A stretch of DNA of 64,000 nucleotides from Rhizobiaceae bacterium (GCA_014238155.1 JABABQ010000033.1:55538-119537), one strand, 5' to 3'. Shown: positions 55,686 through 64,000, numbered from the stretch's first letter. A program made the numbers and translations. Notes: generated by a model from the sequence alone, not told the origin.

Positions 55686-56548
55686 CCGCAGCAAAAATTG
55701 GCGCCTCAATCGAGGTCAGCGCAAAACACGTCCATGATGGCAAATTGCACGGTGATATGCTGCCCGGCGGTACCCGTGTCTATATTACCGACGTCGGTGT
55801 TGATCCGGTTGCCGACCTGATTGCTGCGGCTCGCAAGGTGACCGACCTTGGTTACCAGGCCGTGCCCCATATTCCGGCACGCCGAATTGAAAGCGAAGCG
55901 GCGTTGGAAGCCCGCCTGTCGGGCATGGCAAATGAGGCCGGTGTCCGCGACATATTGATCATTGCCGGCGAAGCCGACGAGCAAATGGGCCCCTATCCGG
56001 AAGCCCTTGCCGTGCTGCAAACCGGGCTGATTGACACATTGGGCATCAAATATGTAGCCATTGGCGGGCATCCGGAAGGCAATGTGGCCTATGGCGGCCG
56101 CGACGTGATGCAGGTTTTGAAAGACAAGATTGATTTTGGATTGCAGAGCGATGCCGAGTTTCGCATTGCCACGCAATTTGGTTTTGATGGCCCGAAATTC
56201 ATCGATTGGGCACGCTCGGTCAAACAAGCCGGTATTGATGCGCCGATTCATCTGGGCGTCGCGGGGCCAGCAAAAATCACCACGCTGATCAAATATGCGG
56301 CCATGTGTGGTGTTGGCAACTCATTGAATTTCTTCAGGAAGCGCACCAGCGCCATCGCTCAACTGGCAACAAAACATTCGCCTGAAGACGTCGTCAATCC
56401 GATTGAACAGGCCTGGCGCGAGCAGGTTGGCAACATTGCCCAGCTTCATGTCTTTCCGTTTGGTGGGCTTCAGGCATCAGCCGGCTGGTTGACCGACCGT
56501 GGCAGTTTTCAGTTTTCGAATGAAAGCCAGTCTGCAGTTCTGGCCTAA
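55682..56548 (+). CDS. methylenetetrahydrofolate reductase-family protein (second, divergent paralog)
   Basis: TIM-barrel MTHFR blocks (AVPHIPARR, LIIAGE, IGGHPEG, RIATQFGFD, HLGVAGP). Confidence 0.7.
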   Translation: MTAAKIGASIEVSAKHVHDGKLHGDMLPGGTRVYITDVGVDPVADLIAAARKVTDLGYQAVPHIPARRIESEAALEARLSGMANEAGVRDILIIAGEADEQMGPYPEALAVLQTGLIDTLGIKYVAIGGHPEGNVAYGGRDVMQVLKDKIDFGLQSDAEFRIATQFGFDGPKFIDWARSVKQAGIDAPIHLGVAGPAKITTLIKYAAMCGVGNSLNFFRKRTSAIAQLATKHSPEDVVNPIEQAWREQVGNIAQLHVFPFGGLQASAGWLTDRGSFQFSNESQSAVLA

Positions 56549-56587
56549 CAGTTTGCTGACTCGCCGCCCGGTTGCCCGGTTACCCGG

Positions 56588-57469
56588 TTACCCGACGAGA
56601 GCCGGACGAAATTCGGCGACACTTGTATCAAATTCACCGTTGAAGGCGCGGATCGCGTCGGCAGTCAGATCAACCCTGTTGAGCGTGTAGATATGCAGGG
56701 CTGAGACGCCGTTCTGGGCCAGATCACGCACCTGTTCTTCAATCAGTATGCGGGCCACGTCGCTGTGTTTGGCGCGATCATCGCCAGTCGCTTCAAACAG
56801 TGCATGAAAACGGTCGGGAATGCTGGCACCGCATTTGGCCGAAAACTCAATAATGCGTTCAAAATTGGTAATTGGAATGACGCCCGGCACGATATCCCGG
56901 CGGAACCCCTTTTTCTCCGCTTTGTCACGAAAACGATAAAAATCTTCATTGTTGAAAAAATATTGGGTGATCGCCCGATTGGCCCCTGCATCCTGCTTGG
57001 CGATCAGGTTTGCAATGTCGACATCGGATGACTCAGCCATTGGGTGAACTTCAGGATAGGCCGCAACCGATACATCAAATGGATGCAGTCTTTTCAACCC
57101 GGCAATAGCGTCAGCAACGCTGTCAAATCCTGCCAATTTGCCACCGGCGTCTCCCCTAAGAACAACAAGACGGTGAATCCCCTGTTCCCAAAGCTTTTCA
57201 GCAAATTCAAACAGGCTTTCACGGGAAAAATGGCACAGTGCAATATGGGTGGCTGTTGGGACTTCATTCAGGTTTTGCAGGCTGACAGACCAGTCGAAAC
57301 TGCCCTCAATCGCTGAACCGCCTGCGCCAAACGTCACTGTTTGATACGCCGGTTCGAATCGCCGAAGCGCATGGGCACCAGTCATCAACGAACGTTCGGA
57401 TGAAAGTCCCTTGGGTGGAAAATACTCTACGCTAACAACGGGTTGGTCGAAAATTTTTTCTGATGACAT
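56588..57469 (-). CDS. metF: 5,10-methylenetetrahydrofolate reductase
   Basis: SVEYFPPK, TFGAGGS, VVLRGD, ITQYFFN and PGVIPI motifs. Confidence 0.85.
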   Translation of the reverse strand: MSSEKIFDQPVVSVEYFPPKGLSSERSLMTGAHALRRFEPAYQTVTFGAGGSAIEGSFDWSVSLQNLNEVPTATHIALCHFSRESLFEFAEKLWEQGIHRLVVLRGDAGGKLAGFDSVADAIAGLKRLHPFDVSVAAYPEVHPMAESSDVDIANLIAKQDAGANRAITQYFFNNEDFYRFRDKAEKKGFRRDIVPGVIPITNFERIIEFSAKCGASIPDRFHALFEATGDDRAKHSDVARILIEEQVRDLAQNGVSALHIYTLNRVDLTADAIRAFNGEFDTSVAEFRPALVG

Positions 57470-57584
57470 GGGATATTCCTACGGAAGACACGAAGTTAAA
57501 AAACGATCGAACAGGCTTGCTTCATTTGCGACAGTCAGTGTCGTAAAGTGAAACTACATCAAAAATTTCACATGCACAAGGTTG

Positions 57585-57604
57585 ATATAAAGATTTCTTT
57601 ATGT
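57585..57604. promoter_or_regulatory. palindrome ATATAAAG-ATTT-CTTTATGT (7 of 8 arm positions) in the divergent metF / methyltransferase region; candidate operator
   Basis: Same ATAAAG-N4-CTTTAT core as 49930-49945. Confidence 0.45.
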
Positions 57605-57788
57605 TTATTGCTTGAGCGACACAGAAACATATCGCCAACGTCTAAAAATGAGCCGTTTGGTGTCGCATTTGGCACTGCCTCACTGTTCAAAAGACGATGA
57701 TAGTTGCCATAACAAAATTCCGGCCGCGGCCCTGCGCCAACAACGACCAAACCGCGAAGTGACCGGCAATCCAATTGGAGACAGTGAC

Positions 57789-58754
57789 GTGACCAAGACA
57801 ATCGTTGCATCAGCAAGCAAGGAAGTCGTTATCGGCTTTGATCAGAAATTCTGCGTTATTGGAGAGCGCATCAACCCAACCGGTCGCAAGAAGCTTGCTG
57901 CCGAAATGCAGGCCGGCAATTTTGATACGGTCAAGGCGGATGCCCTGGCGCAGGTTGCGGCCGGTGCCACCATGCTGGACATCAATGCCGGTGTTACATC
58001 GGTCGACCCCAATGCCACCGAACCTGCCCTGCTGGTCCAGACCCTGGAGATGGTTCAGGAACTGGTCGATATTCCCCTGTCAATCGATTCTTCCGTCACC
58101 GCTGCTATTGAAGCCGGTCTAAAAGTGGCCAAGGGGCGACCGCTGGTCAATTCAGTGACCGGGGAGACCGAAAAGCTTGAAGCCATATTGCCGCTGATCA
58201 AAAAATACGATGTGCCGGTCGTTGCCATATCCAATGACGAAACCGGCATTTCAGAAGACCCCAACGTGCGTTTTGAAGTTGCCAAGAAGATTGTCGAACA
58301 TGCCGCAGATTATGGCATTCCCGCTCACGATATTGTGGTTGACCCGCTGGTCATGCCGATTGGCGCCATGGGCACTGCTGGCAAACAGGTGTTTGCGCTG
58401 GTGCGCCGCCTGCGCGAAGAACTCGGCGTTAACACCACCTGCGGTCTGTCCAACGTTTCGTTTGGCCTGCCCCACCGTCATGGCATCAATGCCGCCTTTA
58501 TTCCCATGTGCATCGCTTCAGGCATGACAAGCGCGATCATGAATCCCTGCCGTCCCCAGGAAATGGAAATGGTCCATGCGGCGAATGTTTTGGCGGGCGT
58601 CGATCCCGACTGTATGGAATGGATCAGAAATTACAAAGACCGTGTCGCCCTGCAGGGAACATTCCCCGCAACAATGGCAGGCAATCAGGGCGGAACTCCT
58701 ACACCGTCAGGTGCAGGACGTCGTCGTGGGGGCCGCGCAGCGCGTACGGGATGA
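57789..58754 (+). CDS. pterin-binding methyltransferase (methyl-corrinoid:tetrahydrofolate methyltransferase, MtgA/AcsE/MetH-pterin-domain-like) with an Arg/Gly-rich C-terminal tail
   Basis: VIGERINPTGRKK, MLDINAG, LSIDSS and GLSNVSFGLP blocks; the tail reads GAGRRRGGRAARTG. GTG start chosen after GGAGA; the ORF track starts at 57612. Confidence 0.8.
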   Translation: MTKTIVASASKEVVIGFDQKFCVIGERINPTGRKKLAAEMQAGNFDTVKADALAQVAAGATMLDINAGVTSVDPNATEPALLVQTLEMVQELVDIPLSIDSSVTAAIEAGLKVAKGRPLVNSVTGETEKLEAILPLIKKYDVPVVAISNDETGISEDPNVRFEVAKKIVEHAADYGIPAHDIVVDPLVMPIGAMGTAGKQVFALVRRLREELGVNTTCGLSNVSFGLPHRHGINAAFIPMCIASGMTSAIMNPCRPQEMEMVHAANVLAGVDPDCMEWIRNYKDRVALQGTFPATMAGNQGGTPTPSGAGRRRGGRAARTG

Positions 58755-58933
58755 GGAAAATCAATCGGGGGTCAATCGGAATTCGCCAATCGGTTTCAGC
58801 CATCAAAGCGTGTAAAGGCTAATGGGAATCAAATTGAAGGAGCTTTGTGTGCGGAAACCGGGTGAAGGATTACCGGAGGTAACGTTTATACATCTGAAAA
58901 GCTTTGCAGCGGCCGCATACACAGTCCGGCATC

Positions 58934-60979
58934 ATGTCTGATCCACTCGTCATCTTCACCCCAAGCGGCAAGCGCGGAAATTTTCCGGTTGGTACGCCGA
59001 TACTGGATGCAGCGCGCGATCTGGGTGTTTATGTGGAGTCAGTTTGTGGTGGCCGAGGCATTTGCGGACGCTGTCAGGTGGCCCCGGAATTTGGCCATTT
59101 CGCCAAACACGGCATTGAATCGAAACTCGACGCGGTGTCACAATGGTCGGCCAAGGAAATTCGCTATACCGACAAACGAGGCGAACTGGTTGATGGTCGT
59201 CGCCTGTCCTGTTCGACAACTATTCAGGGTCCGCTGGTTGTCGATATTCCAGCCGACACGGTGGTCAACCAACAAACCATCCGCAAGGCCGTCGACACCC
59301 GTCTGATTGAACGCAATCCGGCAATCCAGATGTGCTTCGTCGAAGTCGACGAGCCTGACATGCACAAGCCTCTGGGAGATCTCGACCGGTTGAAAGCCGT
59401 ACTCGAGCGCGAATGGGGGTATAGCGATATTCTCGTGTCGCAGCACATTTTGCCGATTGTCCAGAAGGTACTGCGCGATGGCAAATGGTCCGTTACCGCG
59501 GCCATCCATCAGGATCTGGAATCCTCCCGCCCGACAATGATTGCGCTTTATCCGGGACTGAAAAACAATGCCTATGGAATTGCTTGTGATATCGGTTCAA
59601 CCACCATCGCAATGCACCTGTCCTCGTTGTTGTCAGGCCGAACTCTGGCGTCATCTGGCACCTCCAATCCACAGATCCGATTTGGCGAAGACGTTATGAG
59701 CCGGGTGTCCTACGTAATGATGAATCCCGACGGGCGCGTTGCCATGTCAAAGGCGGTTCGCGATGCGATCAATGGTTTGATCCAGAACGTCTGCGCCGAA
59801 GCCGGGATTGATCCGACCGATATTCTCGACAGTGTTTTTGTCGGCAATCCGATCATGCATCATCTGTTTCTCGGCATCGATCCGACCGAACTTGGCGGGG
59901 CCCCATTTGCACTTGCGGTTTCCGGTGCCGTCCACACCTGGGCGACCGAACTTGATCTGCACATGAATGAAGGCACCCGCGTCTATATGCTGCCCTGTAT
60001 TGCCGGGCATGTCGGTGCCGATGCCGCTGCTGCAACTTTGTCGGAAGCGCCCCACAAGGAAGTGGAACTGTCGCTTTTGGTGGATGTGGGGACCAATGCA
60101 GAAATCGTGCTCGGCCAACAGGGACGCACCCTGGCCTGCTCGTCCCCCACCGGCCCGGCATTTGAAGGTGCTGAAATTTCCTGCGGCCAGCGTGCTGCAC
60201 CCGGTGCGATTGAACGGGTCAGGATTGATCCGGTCACACTGGAACCCCGCATCCGCATTATTGGCGTCGACATGTGGTCAAACGAACCGGGTTTTGCCGA
60301 ACTGGCAAAAGCCACAGGTGTGACTGGCATTTGCGGTTCCGGTATCATCGAAGTGATGGCAGAAATGTTTCTGGCCGGCATCATCGATGAAGACGGCGTG
60401 CTGGATGGATCGAAAGCTGCCATTTCAGACCGCATATTCGAAGAAAAACGCACTTTCAGCTACCGTCTTTGGGAAACCGAAGATGGCCCCAATATCACCG
60501 TTGCGCAGACCGATGTGCGGGCCATCCAGATGGCCAAGGCGGCGCTCTATGCCGGCGTCAAACTGCTGATGGAAAAACATGGTGCGCAGACGGTCGCCAA
60601 AATTAATCTCGCCGGTGCATTCGGCACCTTTATTGATCCGAAATATGCGCTGGTCCTGGGGCTGGTTCCGGACTGCGAAATCGCCAATGTCCGGGCAGTT
60701 GGAAATGCTGCAGGAACCGGTGCGCGCATGGCGCTGTTGAACCGGGTGCATCGGCGTGAAATCGAAGACACTGTCCAGAGTATCGAAAAAATAGAAACCG
60801 CGCTGGAACCCAAATTCCAGGAACATTTCGTTAACGCAATGGCGTTTCCCAACAAGGTTGATCAATTCCCGCGACTGGAAGCCGAGATCAAATTGCCGGT
60901 GCGGCGGTCTGGGCCGTCGTCTGATGCAGATGACGCCGGCTCACCCAGACGTCGTCGCGGTGGTCGCCGTCGGGCTTAA
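58934..60979 (+). CDS. RACE-type reductive activator of corrinoid enzymes (N-terminal [2Fe-2S] ferredoxin plus ASKHA ATPase domain) with an Arg-rich C-terminal tail
   Basis: CGGRGICGRCQV and LSCST ferredoxin cysteines, ASKHA phosphate motifs (ACDIGSTTIA, LVDVGTNAEIV); the tail reads SPRRRRGGRRRA. Confidence 0.8.
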   Translation: MSDPLVIFTPSGKRGNFPVGTPILDAARDLGVYVESVCGGRGICGRCQVAPEFGHFAKHGIESKLDAVSQWSAKEIRYTDKRGELVDGRRLSCSTTIQGPLVVDIPADTVVNQQTIRKAVDTRLIERNPAIQMCFVEVDEPDMHKPLGDLDRLKAVLEREWGYSDILVSQHILPIVQKVLRDGKWSVTAAIHQDLESSRPTMIALYPGLKNNAYGIACDIGSTTIAMHLSSLLSGRTLASSGTSNPQIRFGEDVMSRVSYVMMNPDGRVAMSKAVRDAINGLIQNVCAEAGIDPTDILDSVFVGNPIMHHLFLGIDPTELGGAPFALAVSGAVHTWATELDLHMNEGTRVYMLPCIAGHVGADAAAATLSEAPHKEVELSLLVDVGTNAEIVLGQQGRTLACSSPTGPAFEGAEISCGQRAAPGAIERVRIDPVTLEPRIRIIGVDMWSNEPGFAELAKATGVTGICGSGIIEVMAEMFLAGIIDEDGVLDGSKAAISDRIFEEKRTFSYRLWETEDGPNITVAQTDVRAIQMAKAALYAGVKLLMEKHGAQTVAKINLAGAFGTFIDPKYALVLGLVPDCEIANVRAVGNAAGTGARMALLNRVHRREIEDTVQSIEKIETALEPKFQEHFVNAMAFPNKVDQFPRLEAEIKLPVRRSGPSSDADDAGSPRRRRGGRRRA

Positions 60980-60994
60980 GGCAATCTTGTCTGG

Positions 60995-62545
60995 TTAAAC
61001 CTGCCCCTGCGGACGCAGCAGCCATGCAACCCACATGACCAGACCTGCAAACAGCACAAATGGTATCAGGAAGAAGCCGTGACGAAACGCCAGAGCGGCA
61101 CCGGTCGCCCAAATAATCGACACAACAGCCTCACTGATGGTCGCTGTTTTTGACGACACCTGGCGGCGGCGAAACAGGCTGCGACTGCATTGGCTGCGAT
61201 GCCAAAGCTGAATAACCACGGCACAGAAAGTTGCCATGAATATGCCGATCGCCAAACAAACAGCGGCCCGTGGAGAAAACCACAACAATGCGATCAGAAA
61301 CGGCGATGTTGCCAGTCCAACAACCGTCACAACGGCTTCAGCCTTGGCCCTGAGCATGTCCCTGGACGTCACCGGCGAGGTGTCGATCAGTTCATGCGCG
61401 TCTTCACCAGAAATGGTCACCCAGGACAGTCCACCTGCCAATTGACCGGACGCCATCACAACAACCGGGATCACCACATAATAGATGCCAAATCCAGCGC
61501 CATAATTAAACCATAGCAACATTCCAGGCGTCACCAGATAAAGCAGTTGTTGCAAGGATTGGGACAACAGCCAGGGATCCCGTTTCAGCAGGTCCCACTC
61601 TTTACGGCGCAACACCGATCTCATGTTAGAGCCTCGTTGGAACCCGACGAACGCTTCGGTTTTTCCATGCCCTTCAACCAGGCCTGCCGTCGCCAGGGCA
61701 TCATCAGCAAATCGGCGGGTCGAATATGCGACCACCAATACCAGGCACAATCCACTTGCAGCGATAAGCGACAACAGAGGCCAAACATTGCCCATCACAG
61801 CCTGAGCAGGCAACCATATCCAACTACCAAGATCGGGGGCCAACTCAATGGTGTCGGCAGACGTGAACAGCTCCAGTCTGGAAATGCCCTTGCCAAACAC
61901 AATCGCGGCCGCCTGCAGCGAGATAACAAATCCGGCACCAACAATGGCAGAAATAATCTGGGATATGAGCCGGGTCTTGGCCGGTCCGACCGTGCGAAAC
62001 AACAGCAAGGTCAGTAGGACAGCAATACAAGTGGCAAATCCACCCAGCGCAATTATCACCAGATAGGCACTGAACCAACTTGGATGGTCCATAAAACCCA
62101 ATACATTGATCAGGGGTGAAGCAATAAAAATCGCAAAAACAGTCGTTTGCAGTGCCAACATTGACGTACGCACCTGAAACAGGCGTCGCGATGTCGCGGG
62201 CGATGACAGCAATAAATCAAGATCGGAACGGGCATAATAGGCCCGGGTGACGCTTTCAATCGCCTGGCTGAACATCAGCGAAAACAACATCACAGCAAAT
62301 CCGGAAATCATCAGCAGCGTGGCTTTGTCAGCGACAATTCCGCTGGTCAGCGGATTGTCCAGCAGATCTGCCACGAACATATGCATGCCAATGAAAAAGG
62401 CCGCGATTATGGTTCCCACTATCACCATGCGCCGCGGCTTGCCGCCGGTAATGAGAGACGCGAAATCTCGCCAGATCAACCGCGCTTCATGAACGGCATA
62501 CCAGCCAAAGGAATTGCTTTTCGCGGAGAAGGCAGGTCCATTCAT
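60995..62545 (-). CDS. multi-pass membrane permease of an ABC-2-type exporter
   Basis: 516 aa with about 12 hydrophobic segments. 4-nt overlap with the upstream ABC ATPase gene. Confidence 0.6.
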   Translation of the reverse strand: MNGPAFSAKSNSFGWYAVHEARLIWRDFASLITGGKPRRMVIVGTIIAAFFIGMHMFVADLLDNPLTSGIVADKATLLMISGFAVMLFSLMFSQAIESVTRAYYARSDLDLLLSSPATSRRLFQVRTSMLALQTTVFAIFIASPLINVLGFMDHPSWFSAYLVIIALGGFATCIAVLLTLLLFRTVGPAKTRLISQIISAIVGAGFVISLQAAAIVFGKGISRLELFTSADTIELAPDLGSWIWLPAQAVMGNVWPLLSLIAASGLCLVLVVAYSTRRFADDALATAGLVEGHGKTEAFVGFQRGSNMRSVLRRKEWDLLKRDPWLLSQSLQQLLYLVTPGMLLWFNYGAGFGIYYVVIPVVVMASGQLAGGLSWVTISGEDAHELIDTSPVTSRDMLRAKAEAVVTVVGLATSPFLIALLWFSPRAAVCLAIGIFMATFCAVVIQLWHRSQCSRSLFRRRQVSSKTATISEAVVSIIWATGAALAFRHGFFLIPFVLFAGLVMWVAWLLRPQGQV

Positions 62546-63312
62546 GCAGCAAGACTTCCCAAACCGGCTTCTGCGTCCCCTGTTTCAACAATGTCCAGAA
62601 ATACATCCTCCAGGGTCGAACTCTGGTTACTTGAGCGTTCGCGCAGCTCCTGAAATGTTCCTTCCGCCACCAGACGACCATCGGCAATCACACCGATCCG
62701 TTCCGCCATGCGCTCAGCAACCTCCAGAATATGGGTGGTCATGATGATCGTCGTGCCGCGTTTCACACGTGACAACAATACGTCCTTCACCTGCCGGGCA
62801 GAACTGGCGTCCAATCCAGTCAGAGGTTCATCAAGAATGATCAGTTGAGGTTCATGCACCAGAGCACCGGCCAAAGCCACTTTCTGGCGCATGCCCTTGG
62901 AAAATCCACCACACCGTTCCATCGCATGGGGCGCAAGGCCCAACCAATCGACCAGTTCCAACGAACGTTGCTCAGCAATATCTGGTTCAACACCCCAAAG
63001 CCCGGAGACGAATTCCAGATATTCCATCGGTGTCAGCTTGTCGTAAATCATCGGTTCATCCGACACCCAGGCAATTTTGCTTTTCGCTTCAATCGGATCG
63101 CGCATCAGTTTTGTACCAAATACAGAAATTTCGCCAGCATCTGGAAGCAGCAGTCCGGCAACCATACGCAAAGTGGTGGTTTTGCCAGCACCATTTGGCC
63201 CAAGCAGCGCGTAAAATTCGCCACCATAAACTTTCAGATCAAGTCCGTTTACCGCCGGGCGATCAAAACTTTTCTTCAGACCGGTGATTTCCAATGCAAG
63301 TGATGATGTCAA
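62542..63312 (-). CDS. ABC transporter ATP-binding protein (ABC-2/DrrA-like)
   Basis: Walker A GPNGAGKTT, signature FSKGMRQKVALA, Walker B LIILDEP. Confidence 0.85.
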   Translation of the reverse strand: MTSSLALEITGLKKSFDRPAVNGLDLKVYGGEFYALLGPNGAGKTTTLRMVAGLLLPDAGEISVFGTKLMRDPIEAKSKIAWVSDEPMIYDKLTPMEYLEFVSGLWGVEPDIAEQRSLELVDWLGLAPHAMERCGGFSKGMRQKVALAGALVHEPQLIILDEPLTGLDASSARQVKDVLLSRVKRGTTIIMTTHILEVAERMAERIGVIADGRLVAEGTFQELRERSSNQSSTLEDVFLDIVETGDAEAGLGSLAA

Positions 63313-63489
63313 AACAGTGCTCCCTTGGACTTAATTTTTTTAAAATAGCCTCATTTGATTCTCTTGAAATAACCCGGATTAATGAACAATGAATCAACAT
63401 TTGGGAACAATGCGCCGTAAATGTCCTCTATGCGACAAACAAATTTGGTGTTATGGCCAAAGTTGGAGGTCGATTGGGAGGTCTAGACA

Positions 63490-64000
63490 ATGTCCAATCC
63501 AGCAGTTTCTCAGGAAGTGAGTGCTGATTCGGCACGCCGTCCAGCACCAGAAACCACCGCATTACGCAGTTTTGTGTTCTTTCTGGTCCCCGATTTCTCA
63601 ATGATCGCCTTTGCAACGGCCATAGAGGCTCTTCGGTTGGCCAATCGCATGCTTAACTACGACAGCTACAAATGGCGCCTGGCTTCTGTTGATGGTAAAC
63701 CGGTCATTGCCTCAAATGGTGTCGAAGTCGGCGTCGACACCTCGCAGGAAGACGAAAGGCGCATGTTGTCCGGCAAAGACCGGCCTTCAATGCTTTTTGT
63801 CTGCTCCGGCGTGAACGTGGAAAAATACAACAATAAAAGCGTCTATGGATGGATTCGCGAAGAACACAATCGTGGCGTATCCGTGGGTGGACTGTGTACC
63901 GGTGCTCATATTCTGGCGTCGGCGGGGCTGTTATCCAATCGCCGCTGCGCAATTCACTGGGAAAATTTGCCAGGCTTTGCCGAAGCATTTCCTAAGGCTG
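63490..64000 (+). CDS. GlxA-family (DJ-1/PfpI domain plus AraC HTH) transcriptional regulator, GbdR/CdhR-like. It is 3'-truncated by the window edge and absent from the ORF track because it runs off the end.
   Basis: My translation from ATG 63490 (after GGGAGG): MSNPAVSQ...FVFFLVPDFSMIAFATAIEALRLANR...GGLCTGAHILASAGLL...AIHWEN, typical of the GlxA N-terminal domain. Confidence 0.7.
   Translation, partial: MSNPAVSQEVSADSARRPAPETTALRSFVFFLVPDFSMIAFATAIEALRLANRMLNYDSYKWRLASVDGKPVIASNGVEVGVDTSQEDERRMLSGKDRPSMLFVCSGVNVEKYNNKSVYGWIREEHNRGVSVGGLCTGAHILASAGLLSNRRCAIHWENLPGFAEAFPKA

Noticed and set aside
1-64000. tRNA or rRNA genes, CRISPR arrays, toxin-antitoxin or known defence systems
   Set aside because: I scanned the intergenic regions by eye for T-loop-like GGTTCGAATCC motifs, repeat-spacer arrays and small paired ORFs. 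None were found. A computational scan (tRNAscan-SE, Infernal, a defence-system finder) would be needed to be sure.

Overview
Chromosomal window that looks like a marine alphaproteobacterium (mid-50s % GC; DMSP, betaine and B12 gene content). All family calls rest on motif recognition by eye and from memory; no searches were run. Three blocks. (1) About 2.0-26.0 kb is a large cobalamin biosynthesis cluster: cbiB, cobD, cobB and cobA; a divergent cbiD-cobK-P450 unit; and a roughly 15 kb minus-strand operon. That operon starts with a cobalamin riboswitch and runs hupE/ureJ-like, cobU, cobW, cobN, cobO, two TerB-like genes, a small His-motif peptide, cbiX, cobH, cobL, cobI, cbiG-cobJ fusion and cobM. 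cobQ has its own leader. (2) 26.4-34.9 kb holds valine/beta-alanine catabolic genes, a tandem pair of ParA/TraL-like P-loop proteins, a secreted protein made of seven Cys-pair PepSY-like repeats, and an Fe-type alcohol dehydrogenase. (3) 35-64 kb is a methylated-osmolyte / C1 island: two non-Pyl MttB-family methyltransferases, a DddQ-like cupin, dimethylglycine dehydrogenase, gcvTHP behind a tandem glycine riboswitch, dddP, a BHMT-like gene, and a complete corrinoid methyltransfer set (corrinoid protein, DUF1638, two MTHFR paralogs, pterin-binding methyltransferase, RACE-type activator). An ABC-2 exporter and a GlxA/GbdR-like regulator follow. Most interesting: a shared Arg/Gly-rich terminal peptide on five enzymes of the methyltransfer pathway; an anaerobe-style corrinoid system among O2-dependent enzymes and next to B12 synthesis; a P450 translationally coupled inside the cob cluster; a shared palindromic operator candidate; and the orphan ParA-like pair with the repeat protein. 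No transposase, integrase, CRISPR array, tRNA or rRNA was recognised.
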